From: Octopus sinensis
Taxonomy: Eukaryota
Length of the DNA: 64,000 bases
Assembly: GCF_006345805.1 (NCBI RefSeq)
Contig: NC_043007.1
Location: 64,108,001-64,172,000, forward strand
Reading direction: 5' to 3'
Of this stretch, positions 25,021-38,125 are shown piece after piece; the first letter of the stretch is position 1; each line of letters starts with the position of its first letter. The position numbers were made by a program, and so were the translations under genes. Under the pieces are notes generated by a model. It was not told where the DNA came from. It worked only from the letters and a program-made list of their open reading frames with translations, and made no database searches.

Positions 25021-25689
25021 TTTTCCATTCTACAGTATTCTTAAAGGAATGAAAATTAAAATTGCAACTCAGGCTAATATGAACAAGCCTAGTAGGTGTA
25101 AAAAACTAACTGGCATCTCTTGTCAAGAGTACAGGCGACAGTCGGATTGCTGATGTTTGTTGTGTATTCCACTGCTGTTATTCGATTGCTGTTTTTCTGT
25201 GTGTCTGTGTGCAAAGATCAGTTGTGTTTTGTAGGGTTGCTTTATTTTAATCCTTAACTTAGAAATGGAGAAAGACATAGTGCTAGATATAAAAAAATAC
25301 CATTTGGGGCTAGAAATAAAGTTGAAAAACATGAAATTCTTCAAGCAGCCATGTGTCTTATGTGAAATCTGTGATGAACCCGAGTGATACTGATGACCTG
25401 GAGTCGTCTCTAATATATATTAATTTGATTTTTTCTTGTTAGTTTTTTAACCTTTATGTTTTTATTTTTATTGTATATTGTTAAATTTTTTTTTATATTA
25501 TTGAATTTTATACTTTGCATTCTTCCTATTTACCTTTGCATATACAGGTGTAACATTCTATGAGTTGTGGAGAATGTTACATCTTCTCCCCACTGGTATG
25601 CATAATAAGATGTGATGCAATATGGTAGTTAAATTGATACTTTTTCAGATATTATTAATTGCACCTAATAATTATAATATATTCTTTAT

Positions 25690-25690
25690 A

Positions 25691-25726
<36 letters not shown>

Positions 25727-25855
25727 TGTATGTATGTATGTATGTATGTATGTATGTATGTATGTATGTATGTATGTATGTGTGTATGTATGTATGTATG
25801 TATGTATGCATATATGTATGTATGCATGCATGCATGCATGTGTGTGTGTGTGTGC
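25690..25855. repeat. (GTAT)n microsatellite
   Basis: Direct reading. Confidence 0.95.
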
Positions 25856-26656
25856 TCCAGCATGGCCACAGTCAAATGTCTGAAACAAGTAAAAGAGTAA
25901 AAAGTGTGTGTGTATATATATATATATGACAGCAGTGGTGGTGATGGTTATGATGCTGCTGCTGCTGGCATTGTAAGTGATGACAGGGAGGGAGAGGAGG
26001 GTGTATGGATTGGTTGATCAAATAGTTACTGATGGTTTGGCAGAATTACTAGAGCCATTGACAAAATGTCTATGATATTTAGTTAAGCCCTTTATGTTCT
26101 GAGTTCAAACTCCACCAAAGCCAATTTCACATTTCATCTCTTAGTGCTTGATAAAATATAATACCAGTCAAAAACTAAGGTCAAATTACTATTCTTATAA
26201 TATATCTGAGATATGAATGGAATTATAACAAAAAACTTCAAACTAGACAATGAAGCAATTAATCAGATTTTTTTTCTTTTTCTAGCCTTTTAATGATACT
26301 GTGTTGTGTTCATGACAATGACATTCAACACAAAAGTTTCAATTCACCTAGCTATAGGTACCACCTAGTAAGAACAACTTGCTACAGTAAACAATGACAA
26401 CACTGTTAAACAAATGAGTGCTTCATTAACAGGGCCGGCCTTAGGAGGTGCGGGGCCCAATTGTGAACAATTTTGGTCAGCCCCAGGTTCCCAGTGAACT
26501 TGCACCAAAGTCTTTAGAATCTGAAAAATATAAAGATATACTCTTTTGCAGTATATTAGGAGTCGAGATTAGTTGATAGCATACAAAAAAAAACAAGGAA
26601 AAAAAATAACTACAAGGTGAGGAGGGAATTTCTGAGGGTCGGAATTTAAAAAATAT

Positions 26657-26860
26657 TTGCTTCCATTGGCAGCCTTTGAGCACAGCCTAAATTTTGAAAG
26701 TGGAGTTGTGAAAATTTTACAACATGCAGAAGCAGAGCTAACTGCAGATGAAGTGGCTGCTCTACATCAGCTGAAGGTGGTGACAGATACGTCACAACAG
26801 TCTGATTTACCTGTAGAAGATTGTGATTTTGCTTCAGTTTGTTCAGTTCAATTATTTACA
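26657..26860 (+). pseudogene. Possible hAT transposase C-terminal fragment
   Basis: NFESGVVKILQHAEAELTADEVAAL inside the TSD-bounded element; family resemblance from memory only. Confidence 0.4.
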
Positions 26861-27798
26861 ACCCCCGGTAATGATACACTTTTATAGGCTAGTCATTTTC
26901 ACTATAAATCAATAAATAAAGAGTTAGTAGCAATTAAGGTCTGAAAATTTTGGGTAATTTTAACCAAGCATAAGCCACAAACACATTCATGCCTGTCTCC
27001 ATAAAAACAAGCCAAACATGTGAACTCTTTCATCAGTGAGAAAGCACATGTGTTGACAAATATTCTACACAATGCCACATGTGTTGACATTGTGTTCAGT
27101 TGCTTGTGCCCTGGTCGTGGGATGTCCTCAAAATAACAGCTAAATATGCCTTAAATCACGCCCCACCACCCATTAAAGATTTTTTTTTGCATAATCGTAT
27201 GAATTCCTGTGTGTAGAGTACAAATTTGCAAAACTTTTCTGAAAATTGCAAATTTTAAAAAAGTTATGAGGTGTTATATGGTATACGTTAAGCAGAATTT
27301 GATTTGCTTACAGTTTCATATAAAAACACGTGCTATTTTCAGAATATTGTCAACCCATGCAGTCACACACAAAATGACAGGTTCTAAGTTCTGTTTTCTG
27401 ATTGGGTGAAAATGATCAAACTTTAAACCTCCATAACTTTTTTAAAACATTTTGCTAGAAAAAGTGAAATAACTCCAGCAATTCAGCTGGGAAAAGTATA
27501 TTAATGTGCCAAATTTTAACATTTTCAATAAAATTTAATTTTTGAAATGCTGGCAGCCAAACCAACTAGATCCATTCTTTCTTACCTTTCTCCTGAATTC
27601 ACAAACTCAATAACAATTCCTGACTGGTGGGAATAAAATGACTTGTTAATTTTCATCTCTGTTCATATATATACATGTGTGTGTGTGTATGTGTGTGTTA
27701 CCAGTACCATAAATCTCTCTATCTATCTATCTAGCTAGCTAGCTAGCTAGTTACTATCAATCTATCTATCTATCTATATCTATATCTATATATCTTAT

Positions 27799-30469
27799 AT
27801 CATCATCATCATCATCGTTTAACGTCTGTTTTCCGCGCTAGCACGGGTTGGACGGTTCGACTGGGGTCTGGGGAGCCAGGGGCTGCTCCAGGCTCCAGTC
27901 TGATCTGGCACTGTTTCTACAGCTGGATGCCCTTCCTAATGCCAACCACTCTGCGAGTGTAGTGGGTGCTTTTTATGTGCCACTTGCACAGGTGCCAGAG
28001 GGGTCTGGCATCAGCCACGATCGGTTGATGCTTTTTATGTGCCACTGGCACAGAAGCCAGTCGAGGCGGTGCTGGCATCGGCCACGTTCTGATGGTGCTT
28101 TTTATGTGCCACCGGCACAGAAGCCAGTCGAGGCGGGGCTGGCATCGGCCACGTTCGGATGGTGCTTTTTATGTGCCACCGGCACAGAAGCCATTCAAGG
28201 CGGGGTTGGCATCGGTCACGTTCGGATGGTGCTTTTTATGTGCCACCGGCACAGGTATCACAGCTACTGTTTCCATTGATATTTGGTTCGATGTTCATGT
28301 ACATGCACTTGACTCAACAGGTCTCCTGAAGCACAGCGGGATGTTCCGGGATCCAAGGTACTTTGAATGGGCAGGGGCTATGCGGAACTGGTGCCGGAAG
28401 CATCCCGGGTCTTAGTAGTCACAGCACATCTCCAGAGATCTCGGTCCTTCACCATTGCCTCAGTGAGGCCCAACACTCTGAGGTCATGCTTGACTCCCTC
28501 ATCCCATGTCTTCCTGGGTCTACCTCTCCCCCTGATTCCTTCAACTGTTTGGGAGTGGCACTTCTTCACACATCTCTCCTCATCCATCCGCAGTACATGA
28601 CCATACCATCGCAAGCATCGCTCTTGCACACGGCATCTGATGCTTCTTATGCCTAGCATTTCTCTCAGGGTGCTTACACTCTGTCGTGCATTCACACTGA
28701 CATTACACATCCAGCGAATCATACTAGCTTCATTTCTTTCAAGTCTACGCATGTCCTCTGCAGTCACGGCCCATGTTTCACTGCCGTGAAGCATGGCAGT
28801 TCGCACACATGCATCATACAATCTACCTTTCACTCTGAGTGAGAGACCCTTTGTCGCCAGTAGGGGTAGGAGCTTTCTAAACTTTGCCCAGGCTATTCGT
28901 ATTCTAGTGGTAACACTCTCTGAGCATCCACCCCCACTACTAACTTGGTCACCCAGGTAGCGGAAACTATCAACTACTTCTAGTTTCTCCCCCTGGAGTG
29001 TGATGGAATCTGTTTTCTGAGTATTTGTGATGTCCCTGTGCATCTGCCGCACATGGAAGCTATCTTATCAGTTAATTTCCCTTTGATGTTGCTGCACCTC
29101 TTATGCATCCATAGCTTACACTGGGTGCATCTTATGGAGTTTCTACCTACACCTTTCCTACAGATCGAGCAGGGCCACCTGCCCGATGGGGTGTGTGCTG
29201 AGTTCGCCTTTCTGCATACTATAACTTTGGTCTTCGCTACATTTACTCTAAGGCCCTTTGATTCTAACCCTTGTTTCCACATCCGAAATTTCTTTTTTAG
29301 TTCCGGTAGTGATTCTGCTATGAGGGCCAGGTCATCAGCATAGAGGAGCTCCCAGGGGCAACCTGTTTTGAATTCCTCTGTTATTGCCTGGAGGACTATG
29401 ATGAATAAAAGGGGACTGAGGGCTGAGCCCTGGTGTACACCTACTTCTACCCGGAATTCTTCACTATATTCGTTGCCAATCCTAACCTTGCTGACAGCCT
29501 CTCTGTATAGAGCCTGTACAGCCCTTATTAGCCATTCGTCAATCTCCAGTTTCCGCATCGACCACCAGATAAGGGATTGGGGAACCCTGTCAAAGGCTTT
29601 CTCCAAGTCCACAAAAGCTATGTAGAGGGGTTTATCTTTAGCTAGGTACTTCTCCTGCAGTTGTCAGACCAGGAATATAGCATCAGTAGTGCTTCTACCC
29701 GGCACAAAACCAAACTGCATCTCATCTAAGCAAATTCTCTCCCTAATGAGATGGGTTATGACCCTCTCTGTGACCTTCATCACCTGATCCAACAGTTTAA
29801 TACCCCTGTAGTTATTTCTATCTAGAGCATCACCCTTACCCTTGTAGCAGTTGACTATGGTGCTGCTACGTCAGTCATTGGGTATGACTCCATTGTGAAC
29901 TACCTGGTTAACAATACGGGTGACTAGGCCATAGCCCACATAACCAGCTGTTTTAAGCATCTCAGCAGTGAATACCTGATGGGCCGGGGGCTTTACCTGG
30001 TTTCATATCCTTAATTGCCTTAACTACAAGGGAGCTGTCTATTCGGATAGCTGGTCCTTCTACTGGGTCAACATTTGGCAGGCTCTCCTCCTCCCATTCA
30101 TTCTCCACATTCAGCAGTCTTTCTTTTCACCAACATTAAAAGCAAGTGCCCCATCATCCATGTGGACACATTTCTCTCCTGTAACATCACTATTTTCTCT
30201 CACACACTGTCTAGCAATCCGAAATACCTCAGTTCTTTGGTCCTCACGTCACTGGACATTGGCAAACTTCTTCTTTTCTGCTATATCTTTGGCTATGTAT
30301 ACCTGCCGCCCGGCCTCCCTTTTGGCTACTTGGTACCCCCATCCCTCCAGGCTCTCCAGGCCTGTTTCTTTGAACTAATGGCTTTGTCTACTGCACTATT
30401 CTTCCACCACGTAACTCTAGGTCTGGAAGGAACTTTGCACCCACCACAGACTTGGTCTGTGGCACTGAA
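27799..30469 (-). mobile_element. Young 5'-truncated RTE LINE (copy A)
   Basis: DLEKAFDRVP, GVHQGSALSPLLF, ELLYADDL, FRYLG motifs; frameshift near 29030; 25-bp deletion near 30120; (GAT)n tail. Confidence 0.97.
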
Positions 30470-30635
30470 CTGTTGTGTTTGGAGATAATCATTTTCTTTT
30501 TGTGCCTTATAATTTAACACACTCTCCAGTAAAATTTCCACTTATTTCTTATTTTTATTTTCCTAAAATTTTCATTGCATCTTGCAACCTTTTCAATAAG
30601 ACTATTGAAAATGTTGCATGATGCAATGAAAATAC
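30470..30635. mobile_element. Partial copy of the 19598 fold-back MITE
   Basis: ctgttgtgtttggagataatcattttctttttgtgccttata. Confidence 0.8.
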
Positions 30636-30654
30636 CTCTAAATCAAAAGAAATA

Positions 30655-31040
30655 ATCTATTGCCATTTTAGTGACATTCAAGCATGATCGTTACCTGTGT
30701 CACCTTACTGACACTTGTGCTGGTGGCATGTGAAAAAACATTTGAGCGAGGCTGTTGCCAGTGCTGCTGGACTGGATCCTGTGCAGGTGGCACATAAAAA
30801 GCACCATTTGAGCGTGGCTGTTGCCAGTACTGCCTGACTGTTCTTCCTGCCAGTGGCACGTAAAAGCACCCACTACACTCTCGGAGTGGTTGGCATTAGG
30901 AAGGGTGTCCAGCTGTAGAAACTCTGCCAGATCAGATTGGAGTCTGGTGCAGATATCTGGTTCACCAGACCTCAGTCAAATCGTCCAACCCATGCAAGCA
31001 TGGAAAGCAGACGTTAAACGATGATGATCATGATCATGAT
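30655..31040 (+). mobile_element. RTE 3' UTR/tail fragment
   Basis: gtggcacgtaaaagcacccactacactctcggagtggttggc...(GAT)n. Confidence 0.85.
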
Positions 31041-33260
31041 GATGAAAGCAACTCATTGTCCTAATGTGTCTAAAATTTGATAAAACTGTCCATAAAAGGG
31101 ATATGAAGAAGATTTTTTGTTTTTTTGGTAAAAGTATTGTCTACCAACACTACAGGCTGAGGCATTTTGTATATACTGCATTCTTCCAAGAAATGTCACA
31201 GTATAGGATGTGGTTTCCTTGAGTGTGGGACCCCTTTGGGTACAGGGCCCAATTAGGAGTAATCGGTCCAATTGACTTAAGGCGAACCTTGTTCATTAAT
31301 TTGTAGTATTCAACTTCGTTTTGTGGATTAGCTTGAACAGAAATGGGACCTGGCCTGCATATCCAGAAAAAGGTGTCTTAATAACCTAAAGTATTATGGA
31401 ACTTACATAAGTCACAAAAATGATGCACATGTATATTTGTCAATAGAGCAGGTATATTAACCAAAGTATACAGTATTACAGATCCAGATTTTCCAAGCCA
31501 TTATTCATAATCGTCAGCATTTCACATCAGCTTTTCCAAACTAGCATGAGTTGGATGGATTTTTAGAAGCAGTGTTTTACACTAGATACTTTTTCTGTTA
31601 TCAACTCTCTTAGTCACCTCTTGCGAAAAGCAGGTATGTGTTCTACCTATTCTAAAATCAAGATACATGTGACAAATTTTCAAAAATGTTAACCTGAAAA
31701 TAATACCAATGTACAAAAGTAGAGCTGAAACAGAATCTAGAAGAACCTTGATAGAATTGAAAGCAGACCAGAATTTCTTTTGTGAGATGAAGCAGGTAAT
31801 GAAACATTAGTGCATTTTGCTTTTTTTTGGTTATTTATTTTTAGTATGATCCAGAGACAAAATGACAAACCCCAAAATAACACTGATGTTCAAACTTAAA
31901 ACATTAAATAAAATATGATGAAACATTATTTTTTTCTTTTCCTTCATGTGAAAAATTGTCTGAAAGGGCACCACTGACATCATGTGTGTGTAAATCTATG
32001 TGTATGTGCATGTGTATACCTACATTTATATTCATGCAAATATATATATATATACATACTGAATTCATACTTAGATACGTATGCATATATATTTATGCAA
32101 ATACACATGCACATATATATACACAGACACACAAACAGCAAATATTTCGAATCAATAGATGCTAACAGGATATTTTGTCTGGAAACTATGACAGGGTGTG
32201 GGGACCACTTCCTCGGAGGTTTGGAGAAATGGATTTAAAAAAAAAAAGAAAGAAAAAACAAAAGAAAATAAAAGACAAAGAGAGAACAAAGAAAGAAAAT
32301 AGATTGGGTAATTTAAGAATGATGGGAATGAAAGCAAATGGAAAGAGAAGCATTATTTCACCTGAAACTGAGACGGAAATAGTTACTGATGTATATCTGA
32401 TCTAACACAAGTGTATAATCAGTGTTACATGGCTGACAAGCTTGTTGAGCAAAAGATGTGGTTAGATTTTTCATAGTTTTCTTTAACATACACATATACA
32501 TCTACTTAGGTGTATGTAAGTATAATTTTTGACATACAAATAAGAGAAAACGTACTCAGTATATAAAGCAGAATTTACTTCTTGGCCTGAAGCTGATGAT
32601 TTCCTTCATTAGTGTGCTATGTAGAATTATCATACATAGCTACAATACTATGAGTGATAATTCAAACAACAAAAAATTGTAAATATATATACATATATAT
32701 AAAAATATATTTATAATTATAAGCTTTAAGCTTACAAGCATTCCCCCTGTATTGACTGAAGAAAATAGTCTAATACTGGGGCATATAAACCCCACCTTGA
32801 TAGGAAAAAAAACCGAACCACTTGTGGGAAATCAACCTATAACTCTTATATTTGCAATAAGTATACTAACTGATTACACCAACCTACCTGCCAACTTTTT
32901 CCTGTAAGATTTAAGAACTATAATTTCATAGTGTTGTGTAAACAAACATGTGCATACTCTGCATTAAATGAAGATGAGTGAAAATTCTGTTATAACAGTT
33001 ATAAGCTTTAAGCTTATAAGTGTTCACCATGTATCAACTAAAGAATAAATGACACAGGCGAAAGCAGGCCAAAAAATAGCATTAAATAGCCGAGGGATTA
33101 AAATTAATCAAAGGACATACTAAGTATGTCTACCTGCTTGAAATAACAGTCAAAACTCTTATTAAATCGCCAAAAATACACTGATGAAAACTACAGAAAT
33201 CAAACGAAGGTAAAATCAGGTTAAGACAATCTACTAACATACATTTAAGTATCTGGACTT

Positions 33261-33311
33261 ACGTGGACCGGTTTCTGCACTGGCGGAATAAGCCTTAGCT
33301 TCTTCAGCATG
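33261..33311 (-). ncRNA. Hammerhead-like motif with GUC cleavage triplet
   Basis: catg-CTGAAGA-imperfect helix II-GAAA-C-CG-G-TC|cacgt; palindromic ACCGGT helix III. Confidence 0.6.
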
Positions 33312-33499
33312 CATTACCATGATTAGAGACTCCCAACCCGTCGTTCTGAAGTCTGTGCTGCAACTGATTCATTTCACACCAAAATCACAGCAGCCACCAG
33401 TGTAAAATAATCTTGATACAATTCACGAGAAAAATAATTCACCAAATATATATATATAAAAGCAGAGACCTCACTCTCCAGTCGGGTCCTTTTTTCAAT

Positions 33500-34130
33500 C
33501 CCCATACAGGTTAGATAACTGATGATCCCAAAGAATGTGCAGAACCTATTGTTGAATGCTATGCTAGCATTTTTCAGTTGAAAATGCAAATGTACCATCT
33601 TCACAACTTCTGACATCAAATTCTATAACATCTGTGAAATTTACAACTGCAATGCTGCAATGCCACCTCAAGAATAAGCACAACTATGCCTCTCCTGGTC
33701 TTGATGGTGTTATTTATCTGCTTCTCAAACATAGTGGATTCTTTCTTTTGCACCAGCTTTCATTCTTTTTCCAATTCTGCCTCAATAAATGTGTCACTCC
33801 AGAGCAATAGAAAATTGCCAGTGTCATTCTCCTGTTCTAAGAGTGATTGTATATCATCTGTCTGACAACTGACTTGGTACACACCAACAAAATTATCTAC
33901 CATCTTTCCAACAACCTTGGACACCTTTTTGAATTACATATGTCTAACACTTGTGGACATGATTACAAAATCAAAATACAACACAGCACCCATGACTTTA
34001 GCTGCTTAGATAATGTTGTATTTCAGATATCCAACCCCAAACAAGAAACAACTGCACCCCAACTGCCAGAATGTCATTTCAGAAATATTCCATTCTGTAC
34101 ACTTAGCACCAGGTGCCATAAAAAAGCTCT
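33500..34130 (+). pseudogene. Decayed CR1/L2-group LINE RT remnant
   Basis: KHNYASPGLDGVIYLLLK...PEQ*KIASVILL (RT N-terminal) and CGHDYKI (C-terminal-like). Confidence 0.5.
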
Positions 34131-34439
34131 TGTGTAGAGAGTAAAGACAACTACTGCAGATGTCATGAAGAGGAACTATATTGGCTCACAGAAAATACAT
34201 TTAAAACCAGATACACACAGTATAGTCACTCCTTTAGAACAAGAGACAGAATCAACTACACCACTCTACCCTAATATATCTGAAAGAGTAGAGAAATTAT
34301 GAAAATTACTGAATCTGGATAATTATCAAATCTTTTACCCCATATATATAAGGATTAAAGAGATGCAACCAATGCTAGGAAGAGAATCATAATATTTTGA
34401 CTTACCATTTCAATATATTAAGCAAGAACTATGTTCATA

Positions 34440-36850
34440 TCATCATCATCATCATCATCGTTTAATGTCCGTTTTCCATGCTAGCACGGGTTGGACGGTT
34501 CGACCGGGGTCTGGGAAGCCAGGGGCTGCACCAGGCTCCAGTCTGATCTGGCAGTGTTTCTACAGCTGGATGCCCTTCCTAACGCCAACCACTCCGCGAG
34601 TGTAGTGGGTGCTTTTAACGTGCCACCCGCACAGGAGCCAGGGGAGTCTGGCATCGGCCATGATCGGTTGGTGCTTTTAACGTGTCACTGGCATGGAAGC
34701 CAGTCAAGGCGGTGCTGGCATCAGCCACATTCGGATGGTGCTTTTTATGTGCCACCGGCACAGGTATCACAACTACTATTTCCATTGATATTTATTTCGA
34801 TGTTCATGTACTTGACTCAATAGGTCTCCTCAAGCACAGCGGGATGTTCTGGAATCCAAGGTACTTTGAATGGGCAGGGGCTATGCGGAACTGGTGCTGG
34901 AAGCAGCCCGGGTCTTTGCAGTCACAGCATATCTCCAGAGATCTCGGTCCTTCGCCATTGCCTCAGTGAGGCCCAACGCTCTGAGGTCATGCTTGACTAC
35001 CTCATCCCATGTCTTCCTGGGTCTACCTCTCCCCCTGATACCTTCAACTGTTTGGGAGCGGCACTTCTTCACACATCTCTCCTCATCCATCCGCAGTATA
35101 TGACCATACCATCGCAAGTGTCGCTCTTGCACACCACATCTGGTGCTTCTTATGTCCAGCATTTCTCTCAGGGTGCTTATCCTCTGTTGTGCGTGCACAC
35201 TGACATTACACATCCAGCGAATCATGCTAGCTTCATTTCTTTCAAGTCTACACATGTCCTCTGCAGTCACGGCCCATGTTTCACTACCGTGAAGCATGGC
35301 ATTTCGCACACATGCATCATACAATCTACCTTTCACTCTGAGTGAGAGACCCTTTGTCGCCAGTAGGGGTAGGAGCTTTCTAAACTTTGCCCAGGCTATT
35401 CATATTCTAGTGGTGACACTCTCTGAGCATCCACCTCCGCTACTAACTTGGTCACCCAGGTAGCGGAAACTATCAACTACTTCTAGTTTCTTCCCCTGGA
35501 GTGTGATGGAATCTGTTTTCTGAGTATCTGTGGTGTCTACTGTCCCTGTGCATCTGCTGCACATGAAAGCTATCTTATCAGTTAATTTCCCTTTGATGTT
35601 GCTGCACCTCTTATGCGTCCATAGCTTACACTGGGTACATCTTATGGAGTTTCTACCAACACCTTTCCTACAGATCGAGCAGGGCCACCTGCCCGATGGG
35701 GTGTGTGCTGAGTTCGCCTTTCTGCTTACTATAACTTTGGTCTTCGCTACATTTACTCTAAGGCCCTTTGATTCTAACCCTTGCTTCCACACCCGAAATT
35801 TCTTTTCTAGTTCCGGTAGTGATTCTGCTATGAGAGCCAGATCATCAGCATAGAGGAGCTCCCAGGGGCAACCTGTTTTGAATTCCTCTGTTATTGCCTG
35901 GAGGACTATGATGAATAAAAGGGGACTGAGGGCTGAGCCTTGGTGTACATCTACTTATACCCGGAATTCTTCACTATATTCGTTGCCAATCCTAACCTTG
36001 CTGACAGCCTCTCTGTATAGAGCCTGTACAGCCCTTATTAGCCATTCGTCAATCTCCAGTTTCCGCATCGACCACCAGATAAGGGATCGGGGAACCCTGT
36101 CAAAGGCTTTCTCCAAGTCCACAAAAGCTATGTAGAGGGATTTATCTTTAGCTAGGTACTTCTCCTGCAGTTGTCAGACCAGGAATATAGCATCAGTGGT
36201 GCTTCTACCCGGCACAAAACCGAACTGCATCTCATCTAAGCAAATTCTCTCCCTAATGAGATGGGTTATGACCCTCTCTGTGACCCTCATCACCTGATCC
36301 AACAGTTTAATACCCCTGTAGTTATTTCTATCTAGAGCATCACCCTTACCCTTGTAGCAGTTGGCTATGGTGCTGCTACGCCAGTCATTGGGTATGACTC
36401 CATTATGAACTACCTGGTTTACAATGCAGGTGACTAGGCCATAGTCCACATAACCAGCTGTTTTAAGCATCTCAGCAGTGATTTCTGATCGGCTGGGGGC
36501 TTCACCTGGTTTCATACCCTTAATTGCCTTAACTACAAGGGAGCTGTCTATTCGGATAGCTGGTCCCTCTACTGGGTCAACATTTGGCAGGCTCTCCTCC
36601 TCCCATTCATTCTCCACATTCAGCAGTCTTTCATAATGGCTTCTCCAAGCCTCTTTCTTTTCACCAACATTAAAAGCAAGTGCCCCATCATCCATGCGGA
36701 CACATTTCTCTCCTGTAACATCACTATTTTCTCTCACACACTGTCTAGCAATCCGAAATACCTCAGTTCTTTGGTCCTCACGTCGCTGGACATTGGCAAA
36801 CTTCTTCTTTTCTGCTACATCTTTGGCTATGTATACCTGCCGCCCGGCCT
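34440..36850 (-). mobile_element. Young 5'-truncated RTE LINE (copy B, same subfamily as copy A)
   Basis: NYRGIKLL, QFGFVPGRSTTDAIF, YADDL; highly similar to 27799-30330 but different flanks and truncation point. Confidence 0.97.
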
Positions 36851-37914
36851 TCCATTCTCATGCAAACTTAGAAATCATCTCCACTCTCAACTTCACATAT
36901 CATTGGATAAAGAAACCTGATAACGTCACACAGTAGCAATACAATCTTTAAGAAAAAAATAACAATTTATACAAAATGCAGTCCTTTGGGTGGCCACATG
37001 TTCCCACAAAATGTCAAATGAAAACTATTTACATCACAAATCAAAAATACTGTAAATACAACCACATTCATGCCATCTAGCTTCACAATACAGTTTAATG
37101 CTACATTAGAAGTCACTACTAACACCACCAATTAACCTTACATTTTGAACTACTAATCAAAAACAAAGCCATTCACAAAAAAAAAATAAATAACACTTAT
37201 GCAATTTAGAAATTTGTCAAGTCAAAAACCAAGGGATGGCACTGAAAAAATTTCATTTTAATGGTAAAAGATGCACTTTGAGGTTACCAGCTTCAAATAC
37301 TACTTGGCAGTTACCCACCTTAAGACCAGTGTCTCCATTTTTTTGCTGTAGATGTGTGCAAAAATTTGCTTGTGCATAAACTTTGACTTTTTGCATAGTA
37401 TGTGGACATCTGTGGGAGTAACTAAAATTTCTTCAGTCAAAAGAATTGCAATTTCATCTTGAAAACTTTGTGTGTGTGCATAATTTTACTTTCTTTGTTG
37501 TAAAATTATGCACACACATTAGCACATAGCTTAGAGAGAACACTATATCAGAACAGTTCATGATTAATAGTGAAGAAAAATGCCTGCTGCAGAAGATAAA
37601 ATGCATGCAAGCACAATTGTCCATTAGTTTTGAGTCTATGCTAAATAACTATCACAGTTAAATAGATCCAGGAACCACAAACAAACTCCCAAATTGGAAT
37701 GGGACTCCACATGTTGTTCTACTTCTCTTTCATTGCACACTTAATTCTAGTAACCTAAATATGTAGGATTTATGAAACAAGCCCCAAAAAGTAGCAGAAT
37801 GGCTTCAACTTGAATTACAACACTGAACTTCTTGTAGAACAACTATGACAACAATATTGTAGTGACAATGTTGTAATGAGAGGAAGAAAGTGGTAGAAGA
37901 TGAGAAACTAATTA

Positions 37915-38125
37915 TCTCTGTTCACAATTAGGGAACTTAACATACTTATTTGAGCTGCTAGAAATGACAGCCAAATTTCTCTCAAATCACATTTTCCCTT
38001 CTTAAATGGAAAAAAGGATACATTAGACAGTCTCTTTCATACAAAAAATGGGAAGGCCACAGTTGGAATTCTATTGATCATAATTCCACTAGTTCAAGTC
38101 TGATCTAGAACATATCAACAACAAA
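37915..38125 (+). mobile_element. Repeat family C copy
   Basis: ctgctagaaatgacagccaaatttctctcaaatcac. Confidence 0.6.

Larger units (their letters stand above)
26430..31291. mobile_element. hAT-type DNA transposon with nested insertions
   Basis: Left TIR cagggccggccttagg, decayed right TIR ttaaggcgaaccttg; exact 8-bp TSD ttcattaa at 26422-26429 and 31292-31299; subterminal gggcccaatt at both ends. Confidence 0.75.

Noticed and set aside
27586-27623. Minus-strand exon-like segment SGIVIEFVNSGE with good splice sites
   Set aside because: Lies inside the TSD-bounded hAT element, so unlikely to be a host exon; kept only as unresolved
28363-29625. Plus-strand ORFs over RTE copies (also 34866-36135, 6242-6891)
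   Set aside because: Antisense shadows of RTE reverse transcriptase
27799-36850. Segmental duplication of the RTE region
   Set aside because: Flanks and 5' truncation points differ; independent insertions are simpler
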